Source of the DNA: Zygnema circumcarinatum SAG 698-1b
Lineage: Eukaryota > Plantae > Zygnematophyceae
DNA: 64,000 nucleotides
Assembly (NCBI GenBank): GCA_037447605.1
Contig: CM074809.1
Location: 2,098,689-2,162,688, forward strand
Direction: 5' to 3'
Shown piece after piece: positions 1 to 11,200 of this stretch. Made by a program: the position numbers and the translations under genes. Under the pieces are notes generated by a model. The model did no database searches and had not been told where the DNA came from. It saw only the letters and a program-made list of their open reading frames with translations. Numbering within the stretch: the stretch's first letter is position 1; every line of letters begins with the position of its first letter.

Positions 1-275
1 GCAACTTTATTCTGCAATGACAAAGAATCGAGTGGAACATCGGAGTTTTCAGGTGGGCGAGCACATCTTACGCATCACTCACAACTCAGCTCCTTATTCT
101 TACATATGTCTTCCTTAAACAACTTTCCAATTACACAGACACTCTTATTCACACGCAGCTTCTAATCTTAGAGAAGTTTGTTGTCCAGTCATAGGCCGCA
201 TGTGATAAGTGCATTCGCACTCTCGTTCGTAGCGTGACTGCCAATCTCACGAGTCCTTCTGGATAAGTGGAGCAG

Positions 276-779
276 GTTTACCGGGAGGGTGATGACGCCC
301 ACTCGTGGCTTGGTGCTTCCCCTGATGGCCTTCTTGAGAGGGACGCCAAGGGGCAGAATTCTACAGCAGGAGTGTTGGAGGTGAAGTGTCCTCACAATAA
401 AGGGCGCCCAGAGGTCGCGACGCCTTACCGACAGGTCCCTTACTATTATATGCCACAGGTGCAGGGCCTTCTGGAGATATTGGACCGTGAGTGGCTCGAC
501 TTCTATGTGTGGACAATGAAAGGCAGCGTGGTGTTTAGAGTGGACAGAGACAGGGGTTACTGGAAGCTCATTTACGGCGTCCTAAGTGAGTATTGGTGGT
601 CCCATGTGGTGCCTGCAAAACATGCCCTGCGGCAAAACAACCTTCAACGAGTGGAACTGCTGAAGCCGACCAAGGCTCATGCTTTAACAACTGTCATTAA
701 GAAGGAGAGCCAGCGCCTCTCTGCAGAGTCTCCAGCCATATGGCGGGAAACTGGCGGCAGGTTCTTGGAATTGAGGTAA
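276..779 (+). CDS. Last exon of a YqaJ-like viral recombinase / type II restriction-endonuclease-like protein (upstream exons lie outside the window)
   Basis: Translation has the YqaJ/lambda-exonuclease motifs WLGASPDGL, LEVKCP and YYYMPQVQGLLEI..REW.DFYVW. In-frame TAA at 264-266 and CAG acceptor before 276; stop at 777-779. Confidence 0.85.
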   Translation, partial: VYREGDDAHSWLGASPDGLLERDAKGQNSTAGVLEVKCPHNKGRPEVATPYRQVPYYYMPQVQGLLEILDREWLDFYVWTMKGSVVFRVDRDRGYWKLIYGVLSEYWWSHVVPAKHALRQNNLQRVELLKPTKAHALTTVIKKESQRLSAESPAIWRETGGRFLELR

Positions 780-1619
780 TTATTGAAAGGTGTCGCGATC
801 TGATGGGAAGTCCGATTGCTGGTTGCTGTTGTTCATGAATGAATTTTGTAAGCCATTGCACTTCCATAAATCTGCATGCATTGCATTCCAAACGCCCCGC
901 AGAATCGCCGCGTCCGGCAATCCGCGGGTGTTTTATTCCTATCATTTTTCACAGCAGAACTGATCAACTGATCAACTGGAAATGACGGGAGTCAGCAAGG
1001 TAGACGATGTTTATTCAAACACGTGCACAATTGGAGAGGTTGAAGGTTCAAGTACTGTAGAACCTCTGTAAGTGTAAGGGCCGAGAGCTGGGTCAGGGGA
1101 GCTTTTATAAGTCCTAACATTGATCTAGCCTCGATTGAACCCCTCTGTGTGAAATTGTTGTCAACAGGAAAACTTTGCTTAGGGCAAAGCAGGCTGTTCT
1201 GTTCCGTACTGTCTTAATAAATAACCAAGTAATAGCCTCTAAGCCAAATTTTTACTACCAGCTAGAGAAAGTGTAATCTCTCGAAGGGCCTTTCAAGTAG
1301 CACAAGTCCTTCCAACAAGGACCTTGTGAATCAACTCGCCCATTCCTTGAAGCTAGAAGTCACTCTCTCATTCTCTGGCCCATAGGCGGCTCCAAGTACT
1401 GCAAGGAACTGAAGCCTAATTCTCATACATCGAAACAGATTTGAAGTGAGTAGAGAAGAATATATAGTTCTGTTGTTGAACTGTTCCAAAACCTGAGGTG
1501 TCGAAAGTTTCATGAAGTTCAGCAAAAAAAATTGAAGGGAGACGTGTACACGAGTGGACGAGGGAAGTTTGCTTCGAAAGCGGCTGTCACAACTCGACGG
1601 CCAAACAGCCAGCGGCCCG

Positions 1620-1900
1620 GCGAACTCAGGCTCGCGATATATCCCGATACGAAAATTGGCGATAGGTGGACCTACGATAGTCACAGTACCTGAAAAGACG
1701 ATATTTTACGATATATCGCAACCTTTGTATCGATACGACAGACCATCGTTAAGTATCGTTCAGCGATATGTTCGCATAATATCGTGTAACCTAATATCGG
1801 CACATATCGTAGCGATTAGTATCGTCACGTATAGATATGCGGTATATGGATATCGATACGCGTCATTCTCGACCTTTTTATCGTACACTATTCGACAGTT
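1620..1900. repeat. Degenerate CGATA/TATCG-rich stretch, probable non-autonomous DNA-transposon remnant
   Basis: Dense ATATCG/CGATAT/TATCG words, compositionally like the (GATAC)n interior of the MITE family at 29.4 and 45.5 kb. No TIR or TSD could be defined. Confidence 0.35.
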
Positions 1901-2204
1901 CAAGCACGGGGCAATTTTTTGGACGAATTGCGTGCTGCCACGTGGTGGGCTGAATGTGGAAACCGCTTTTCGAGCCGTGGTCGGAGGTGCCACGTGGCGG
2001 GCTCATATTGCGCCAAATAGAAAAGCGGCAGTTTCTTCGCCGATGAGGGTCTGCCACGTGGCAGACCCCTCCCGCCCCTCCCCCTTCAGGCCTGCTAGCT
2101 GGCGTTGCTCCATGTGGCAACTGCAGGACACCTGTCACATTTGAAGAGCGAGCGAGAGGAAGAGCAAGTGAAGGGGTAAAGTGGGAGGGACCCTCTCCCC
2201 CCCC

Positions 2205-2525
2205 ACTCTTCTCTTTTCTCTCTCTCTCTCTCTCAATTTGAAGCATGTATCTCTCCAACCTTCCTCTCGCACTATCCCTCGCACTCTCTTTCTCTTGTTC
2301 CTGCCTCTCCACTCTCACGATCTCTCCCACTTTCTGCCACTGTGTTTCCCCTCTTTCAACCCTTCCCCTCTCTCCTCTGACTCTCTCCCTCTCCCCCCCT
2401 CTCTCCCTCTCCCTCCCCCTCCCCCCCCCCTCCCCCTCCCCTCCCTCTCCCGCCCTTTCCCTCTCACCCTCCCCATCTCCCCTCTCCCTCCCTTTCCCTC
2501 TCCCACTCCCTGTTCCCCTCCCTCC
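2205..2525. repeat. CT/CCT-rich polypyrimidine low-complexity tract
   Basis: About 320 bp of mostly C/T (ctctctct, ccctcccct); it produces the spurious LSLSP/GRGRE ORFs. Confidence 0.9.
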
Positions 2526-2846
2526 GCCGCGATACATATGAGTTTGTGAGGCCATGACAAAATATGACAAGACCTTCGCACAGGAAGTGAGGCTCTTTGC
2601 GAACTGCCAAAAGCCCTCCGCCTTGGCAGGACATCATTTGGACACTCACTTAATTATTTATTAACTCCAAATACATAGACATAGAATGATGGTGAACAAG
2701 AAAAATACATAGTCTTCTTCGAACAAAAGAACTGCTCAAACGGTTTGAAATCAAAAGTGGGTGGGCCATAAGTTTTCTGAAGTCCAGCAGAATTGGTCAG
2801 CAGGGAAGCCGTGGCCGTACATGGCAAGCACTCTTCTCCGATCCCT

Positions 2847-5800
2847 TCATTCAGATTTCCTCTTTGCTCGTAATGCCCGCAGTAGAGCTCGTGTCAACAG
2901 ACACCCAAAAACGAGTGGAATGAGGAAAATTGCTGCGAAACAGGCAAGAAAAAAAGATACTAATGAGTTTGTAAAGGGTGGTCAACAATAACCTAGTAAT
3001 GGAAGGGAGGCTACGTATGGACCCTTGCCCCATAGATTAATTTCTTTACGAGAAGCTTCCTTTAAAAACTGCAACCAGGCGCAAATGACAAAAGACCTTT
3101 TCGACAAAGTGGACCAGCCCACAGTTAAGTCCTAGCAAACATCTAGTGGAACATTCTAACAGTGCGTGCATTGAATAGCCAAATAAAAAAAACTTCTTCT
3201 CAGGCGGCACGGCACCTATTTTTAACTTGTCATTCAATTATTTGGAATGGATTCCATGCATTATAAAGTGGACTGCACAGTTAGACATCGAGATCTCTCC
3301 ATTTTTAGCAATGGGGTTCGTCTACTGCAATTTACATGTGGAGAATCCATCTCCGGATTAGCTCCTGTCATTCAACTCTCATGCCCTCTCTACGGCGATT
3401 ACTGAGATATGATTGGTTGATTGCCAGCCTAATGTGAATGACCCTTATCCTCGCGCGACGATGTGGAAATAGCAAGCAAGAAAGCGAGAGAGTGTTCCCT
3501 TCACATACGGCGCACTTACCTCCGAGAATGGAGAAAAAGAAGATGGAGAGACGATAACGGGCCAGCCATGGGAGTTCCACTTCTCGCGTGCAGTACTTCT
3601 TGAAGCGGCCCGGCGGTCCGGGAAGAGAGGCAGGCGCGGCCCCCGGCTGAAGGTCCTCGAGGGTCACTTTTCGACCCAACACAATGCGGCCGTGCACATC
3701 ACGCGTCTGCATGTCAATGGTGGGCGGGCTAGCATTCCAATCTATTTCCAAAAGACCAAAATTTGGCAATCCTGCAGAAAAAGGGAGGACAAAGGTTCAA
3801 GATCACTAAAACAGCACTAAGGTCACGTCAGCCATGCAGGCTGGTTTTATCGTCTCCGAGCATTCAAGCCTCCAATCGTCGATTGCAGTCTGCTCACAAG
3901 AAGAGGATGCCTGGCAGAAGTGCGAGAGCCCTTCCACAATTACAGCTACTCAAACACGCGAGCAAACAGTCGAATGAATCAAACAACTAAATCGTTAGCA
4001 GCACTGATGTTCCCTGATGTTGTCGGCCTGCACTAATCTCTCTGAATTCAGGCCAACTGCTTACCATAAACACATGAATGATAACGGCAGCTATAAACGC
4101 CGGGCTGCCCAAGCACTCGCATTGGCTTGGCCATAATGGTACTCGCTATGCGCTGAAGGAAGGCCAAGTAGGGCACCTCAGCGGACTGAGTGAGGCCACT
4201 GGAGGTGAGGTCATAGAGTGGGTAGCCAACACCGGAACAGTCATAACGGCTGAGCTCAGTAAAGTGAACGTCGCCACTGATGAAGATAAGGCCAGGAACC
4301 TGCATGTACACCCTTCACAAGTTCCCGGTTTCCTCCTTTACGGCACTTTCCCTCCGAAAGTGCAGCTACGTATCTGAAGCCCAGTTCGTGCCTGCATGTG
4401 AAGGGAAGCAATATGCCGTGGGGAAAGCCGACAGTCTAATTACTGAGGGTGCGGTTTCGCAAAATAGGAAAGACTTGTTTAACCGTCAAACATTACAACA
4501 AGGGGGAATCAATAGTCACCAGCCACTAGGAACTGATGGAGCCAAACTTTCTTCTCCGACAAATCGACTCGACAGCGGCTCAAAAGCACTCTGATCGATG
4601 GGCGATCGATCATAGCACAAGAGCTTGGATACAGATGCTCTCTCTAAAATCGAGGTCGCTTGACAACCATGAAGTGGGAGAAGTACCTTAAGGGATGCAA
4701 TGAGGTCAAACAGGCGGCGCTGTTCTGACGGAAACCGTCCCCATGATTCAACAGTGAACAATGGCTGAACAAGCGCTGATAAATTCGACACCACCTGCAT
4801 GCTCACGATATCGCTAAATCGCTGTGCAGTTTTCGATGGCATTGTCAAAATTCAGGCGGGTAGACACTTGTTTAAGCGTGTCTTAACTTGCGCCTCCTCA
4901 CTTGATGATTCACAAAAGAAGCCAAAACACACACCTGAATGGAGGAACCAATGATATGAATCTGTGCATCACTGTTTCGTAGCTCTTTCTCCAGCCAGTT
5001 CCATTGTTTACTACCAAGTATAGTCCCGTCTGAAAAGTGCGGGTCACGGTTAAAACGTGTATCTAGAAGCAACACCTGGCCCGACGACACAACATGAGCC
5101 CGGTTAACCCACACAGTTAGTACCTTTTCTTTCTCGTACCTCGCCTTAATGAATTTCACGCGATTTTTGAAACTTGACTCTGCAACTCAGTGATCACCAA
5201 AACTAAGACATTCTAACACCACCTAAGAGGTCAAGCTCAACCTTAATTCGTCTGCCAGATGGTCCATAAGTATAAGAAGTATATACTCCATCCTGTCGTC
5301 TCCTGCGGTTTTGTCCCCTACAAAACATCATATCAGCTATCATCCCGTACAGAAATTACGTGACAGGAAGGAAACGGAATTGTGAAAATTCGGTCAAAAT
5401 GTGCTCGATGCAATGGCGTACTCTTTAACGCATTTCACGCGACTATATGGTCGACAACCTCACTCCTATGCACTTTGTACTTGAAAACTGGCATGAAAAG
5501 GGAACGTCAAAAGTGAACGTATAGAGGAAAACATGCCCAATAGACCTGCCTTGGGCTCCCCTGCGGCTCGCCCAGAAAGTCAAGCATGAGCTGAATGCTC
5601 TCATGTTTTATCGGAAGCTCCTTCCCCGAATCGTCAAGCCCGTAGTCATGGTCATCCCACGTGCCAATCACCTGCCACGCGGTTCAGCAACGGTATCTGT
5701 TGTATATATTCCTTCTGATCCACTGGGGCATTATCCAGTTGAGCAGATGGATCAAAACGAAATGCAAGATGCCTGCCCGGTCACACCTGAGCTCTTTCTT

Positions 5801-7338
5801 GCAGTGCCTGATAGCGCGGATGGGATCGCCCTTCATCATACATCTGCTGCATTTGCTTTGGTGACACCGGGCGAAATCGGGAAACCTTCGCAAAGAACCC
5901 CTCATTGGCTTCAGGCCCAAACATGCGCAACGGCTTCTTCTGGTCCGCATAGATGTTGTCTCCAAGCCAAATGAACACTTGAGGGTCAACGGCAAGTATA
6001 CTGTCCCATACGGGCTGCACCTCAACGAAGAACGGAAACGAGGTTACGCTTTAGTTTCGCAAGTGATTAAGGGAGACGTCTTGCAGTTCACTACGATTGC
6101 AATCATTGTTTCTGCTGTTTAACGCAAGAGAGTGAGAGAGTTTATTAGTTTATGACGAAGAAAAGGAGGAAGGAAAGAAACAGTAAAAAGTACTGCTGAA
6201 TGCCAGCACATGTTCAGTTTGACGAGAAAACACATGCGAAACAGTTACAAAGTGCCAAGTTATTCAAATTTGAGGCGCCTGAACCGCAGGAACTCAAAAT
6301 GAGCAAATTGGCGCTGTTCTGTAACCGCCATGGCTGCTTTCTAACAATCTTCTCGACAAAGTGATGACTCATCCTATTAATTCCTTACACGATGCTAGAC
6401 CGTACAATTTTCATCGGTCGGCAAGCCGATACCGTGTGCAATATAAACCACAAAAACAAGAAAATACAATCCACAGCAGATGATTGAATTAAACCATTTT
6501 TTTTTTTAACAATAACTATGACTCAAAAAGCGTCCCGTGTGCAAGTTGGCTTCACGCAGTGCAGAAAAAGACTATTAAACAAATAGAAAAAAACTGGTTC
6601 AATATGGTTCAGACGGCAGAACTGAATAGAACAGATTTTACATAAGGCAAGAAAACGAGGCTCCCCTTTTTTTTGGGGGGGGGGGGGGGGGGGGGGGGGN
6701 NNNNNNNNNAAGTTCCATTTCTTGCTTCCAAGCATTTCTGTATTTCTTCATCCTCTTTAGCAAGACGCATGCATAAATGTTATACCCAATCGCGGCAGTC
6801 AATAGAGAATATAAGGAGAAAAGTAGTAGGAAAATTCAGCCTCTAAAGGAGCACCAATGATTCTGCTCATTTAATCAAGCCACGCGCATTCATTGTATCT
6901 GGTAGTACCTGCATATTGCAAACGTGGCTAATGACACACACATGAGCCAGCAATAACCACTACTCAATCGAAATGCATAGTCAAGCAAACAAAAACAAAG
7001 GAGAAACTGCGCACGACTTTGTGGCATTTCTAGTTTCATCATATAATTTGTATCCACATATTAAACTAAGGTTCTTTATTCTAACGCGCGCACTCCACTT
7101 TCATTCTTCCAAGGAACACGGAGAAAACCTGTGGAGCACTTTGATTCCGACATGAACCAAATGCGATGCGAGTGATGCTCCCCCCATTCTCCCCAGTCAA
7201 TACGGCTGATCCCTCATCTTCCTTTGCGCCGATTGGAGCCTGCAAAGCGCAGCTAGCAAAAGAAAACGCCACCAGCAGCAGCATTGCCAGAAGGAAAAGC
7301 TCCGGCGGACGACATCTCCCATCCCCCATCACCACCAT
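2847..7338 (-). CDS. PhoD-like alkaline phosphatase / metallophosphoesterase with N-terminal signal or TM segment and C-terminal TM segment, about 9 exons
   Basis: Spliced motifs in order: RIAFGSC (exon ending 7129), [12 protein letters not shown] (~6020-5790), GTWDDHDYG (~5670-5550), RRQDGVY (from 5302), LLLDTR..LG..QW.WLE (~5070-4935), ESWGRFP (~4810-4700), FISGDVH (~4305-4070), NFGLLEIDW (~3770-3520). Terminal exon 2932-2847 is [17 protein letters not shown]. The start ATG could be 7338 or 7329. Confidence 0.9.
6700..6709. other. Assembly gap (10 N) beside a poly-G run, inside PhoD intron 1
   Basis: Ns in sequence, preceded by a run of ~25 G. Confidence 0.99.
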
Positions 7339-7604
7339 AGAAAAAAATATCCTGTAAATTCCCTCCACAACGCTTCCCCGGACCTCCCAGGCCTTCAGCA
7401 GGAGGCGGGCCCTGCCCTTGCAGCCGCCCTTGAAGCCGCCATGGACCTGTAGGGACAGTCAGCGACAGGGGCAACCGCCTTCAGTGGGAGGGGAGGCAGG
7501 GGGCCCTGTACGGATCCACCAGGCAGGCATCCGTACGGTCACCGTACGCAAGGGGCTCCTTGACTTTTTCAAAGGCGCTCGTGACCTAAGCAAATCACAG
7601 CTCT

Positions 7605-7785
7605 CCACGTGGAAAATATGCTGACGTGGCAAACACGTTGACGAATGACATCAAAGGTGGCATCAAATGGATACGCGCTTGAGCGTACGAAAGGCCACGT
7701 GGACGACCCGCGCTTCGCCACGTGAGAATTTTACGCGTCGCCATGTGGACGACCTACGCGTCGCCAAGGTTTGCCACGTGGCCAG
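7605..7785. promoter_or_regulatory. Cluster of G-box/ABRE-like CACGTG and ACGTGG motifs upstream of the PhoD gene
   Basis: TCCACGTGG (~7604), GACGTGGC (~7623), GGCCACGTGG (~7693), GCCACGTG (~7717) and GCCACGTGGCC (~7774) lie within 180 bp. Function is not shown. Confidence 0.4.
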
Positions 7786-8218
7786 AAATCGGCCGGCGAT
7801 GAGGGGCGAGGCGCGCTCCCAACCGGCCCGATGTGCTGCGGGTAGGGTTTTTTGTCGTGTAGCGGGAACAGCCCCGGGCGACCGCACAGAGAGACGTGCA
7901 TGACCATCAAACGCGGATGAAATGTGAACAAAACTGGCCAACCAATGGTGGCCAACCATTGAATCCAAAGACCAAAGCTCTCAACTCAACAAGACAATAT
8001 CCTTATTATTTCTTCGAAACCAAAAAAAAAAAAAAAATGAAAGAAATCACCCTGTTGTCGGCCCAACAGCAAGCATCGGCGGCCCCACAACAGCACCGAT
8101 CGACAGGAGAGCACCAAAAAAAAAAGCACCAAATCTACTGCAGCTTACATATACACAGCCAATTCAACCTTTCCTTCTGAGTCACTCCCTCCCTCCGCTC
8201 TCCCCCCCTCGCCACATT

Positions 8219-11200
8219 TCAACTCTCAGTCGCAGCTCTCCCCGCCGTCGCCTGCTTCTTCTTGGACGCCTTCGGCACCTTTTTCTTCTTCAGCAGCGCG
8301 CCGGCCTTTGCGCCCAATGCCGCCGCAGCGCTGCCCTCCGCCCCCTCCCTCCTCTTAGCCCCGACGCCCAATGAGGCTCCTCCGGAGGGCCCGCCCTTCC
8401 CGGGGGACTTGTGCCTGCCGATGGGCCCCCTCTGAGCCGCCGCAGAGCCGCCGCCCTGCGCCTCCCCCCGCGGCTCTTTTGCGGCTCTGTGGCCCAAAGG
8501 GGAGTAGATGAGGGCCTCGTCCAAGGCGTGGACCCTCAGGGCGGCGGCTGTCCAGGTGCTTGCAGCCACGCCGGCGGCTGGAGAGCTCCAAAACCGCCAG
8601 CTCAAGGGTAAGTGGTCCGCAACCACCATGGATTCCAGCAGTACAGTTGCTTGTGCCACCTGGGATCATCCAGGGGGGGGATCCTTAGCTTCAGAAAACA
8701 GGGCTTACAAAAGATGAGAAAGTTTTCCAGAATGCAAAGGAAGTCGTTTCGGGTGTTCACACGACATTCGAAGGATGGTTGCATGCATGGGCGTGTGGAG
8801 AGAATGGCAACTGAGAAGATGGCTGCGGCTGTGAAGATGTCACACAAACCCCATGACCTCTGGCCCCTCCATTTATCCTCAAGGACCACTAGAATGCGTA
8901 CTTTTCTAGCCTTGACTCGATTAGAGAAATAAGAATCTGAATCGGACAGTTATCCTTCTGGAAATTGTTGATAAGATTAGCTGACTTTTGAGAGAGATAA
9001 GCCTGAAGCCAAAACAACTAGTTTTTGCTTCATGAAACCACCACGTGCAAGATAATCATTCGGTCTCCTTCCCCTCTCTTCTCTTCTGCTATCTCCTGCG
9101 GCCATCAATTCCAGAAAAATAAGATTCATACCTGCGCAATACTCGCCGCTTGCTTCACAAGCGCCCTCCATGCCCTTCGCCGTTTTGGTGACCCCTGAGC
9201 ACAACACGTTGTTTCCACCACCAATCCCAAGGCAGCCTCCATGTCCAGAAGATCCATCTTTAAGAGCTGCAGGATTGCTTGTCCCTCGCTGTTAGTCTCC
9301 CCCTGCTCGCGCTCTCCCACACGTCCGCTTCTCGTTGCTACTGCATCGCGATTTCCATCACTCACTAGCTCCCCCGGTTGGCTCGACACAACTGCACGCA
9401 TGCCATCTACTTCTGTCCTTTGCTGCCCTGCAACCTCTCCGGAGTCCTCCTGCCAATCTTCTTCTACGTTCTCATCTTGCCAAACGTCTTCATAACCGAG
9501 ACCTAACGGCTCTCCAAGGAGGTACTTCTGGGCAGGGTGACTCTGTTCCTCTGCAGCAACCAGCTTGTCAAATTCTGGTGAAAACTCGTCTAGAGAGGAT
9601 TCTCCTCTGATTCCGGTGTCCTCCATTGTACTGTTATCTTCCAAAACACGAACTCCTCCTTCATGCGTGCCATTTTCTGCAAGCGAGGATGAATCACTGT
9701 CTGCTCGTGATATGAAGATCTCAGATGCTGGGAGAAGATCTGGCACAGTCATATCGTTGTGTGACAGCAGATCAGGCAAGCCCTCCTCCCAAACAAAGAC
9801 TCCGCGGCTTTCTGCATCTTCCTCTGCATCCTCTGCAGTGTTTGTCTGGCATACGGTAGGTCCAGGACACAACTCCTTCTCTTCAGACTGCTTCAGCTGA
9901 CCTGACTTCTCCGGCTGAGGGGCTTCGGGTTTTCCCTCCCCCATGTCAGCTATTTGTCCTTCCCCTTGCTCCCTCCCTCCTATTGGTCCCGAACAACCAA
10001 CTCCCAACTGTGTTTTCTCTCCCCCAGCTTTGCTAGTTTGCGAAAATGGGTCGACCATGGCTACCTTTCCGACAGGCTGTCCTTCTAGTTTTCCATCCAT
10101 TAATAGAATAGCTTTCTCCGTAGATTCATCGACTCTCATTGCGCCACTTGGAACCTCGTCATGCTGCATCTCCCCCCGTTTTGAACGCAGCAGATGCCTT
10201 GGCCTACTCACTCTTATGCCCTGTGATAATTGACATTCCCATGCAAAGATTGGAGAACCGTTTATACAAAGAGATGCATCCACCAATGGCGTAATCGGCG
10301 GAGCACGAACGGTTTTCAACCCCTTTTCAGAAACTTGACAAATCTTCCGAATACGTTCTCTAATGGAGGCTGGGGGACCAGGCAATGGACAGATATGCAG
10401 AGAAACCAACCCTTTGCCCTGTTCACAATGCTTCCCTGTAGCTGACACTCCTACATGCTCAGCCTTTGGAGCCAATGGGCTTTCAAGAGCTGTTTGCGGT
10501 GTGTTTGAGTTCTCTTGTGTGCTTGAGGGGAAACCATAGGTTTCACTGCCTCTCTTCTCTAGCTTTGTCTGTGATATATCAAACTTGCCTTCTGACATCT
10601 TTTGTGATTCAGGAGTTTGATGCATTACTTGAGACTGATAAGACGTCAGGGCCCAAGAAGGAAGAGGACTACTCCCAGGTATGGAGCTGACTGCATGCAA
10701 CATAGCCTGCCGGGTTTTTGCAACTTCAGAACTCGCAGCTCTATTCACTTCAGTTGTCTTGGCCTCCTGCCTGGAAGATGGTGTTGTCTGTGGAGAGTCG
10801 CCTTTCTCTATGCGGCTAGAGACTGCAGCAGGTCTGGTGATGGGCTTGCATCCGGCTTTGTGAGCATGGAACTCCCCCTTACCTACAAAAGACTGATGGC
10901 AAATCAAGCAGTGCCACCTGGCAGGCCATAGGGGTTCAAGACAATCACACCTCCATAAGGCCTTCTTCGGAACAGAGCCATTTAAGCTGCCTTCCTGTTT
11001 CATTGCTGGCTGAGACTTTGGAAACGGGTCCTCTCTCGTCTGGTTTCTCTCCTGCAAACCCTCTTTGTGAAGACCGCTGTTCTTTACCAAATTGTCAGGT
11101 GTGCCATCAATCTCCTCCGCTACTTTATTTGTGGAGCCCTTGCGCGAATCCCACAAAAACGTGGTCTTCTCCAAGCTTGCCATATATACTTTCTCCTTTT

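Noticed and set aside
1040-1075. Pogo-like TIR (tactgtagaacctc)
   Set aside because: No matching partner end was found.
1331-1684. 117-aa - strand ORF as a gene
   Set aside because: No recognisable motif or splice context; it overlaps repeat-like DNA.
1878-2581. GRGRE/LSLSP ORFs
   Set aside because: Products of the CT tract.
7340-8200. P1BS (GNATATNC) phosphate-starvation element upstream of PhoD
   Set aside because: No exact match found by eye.
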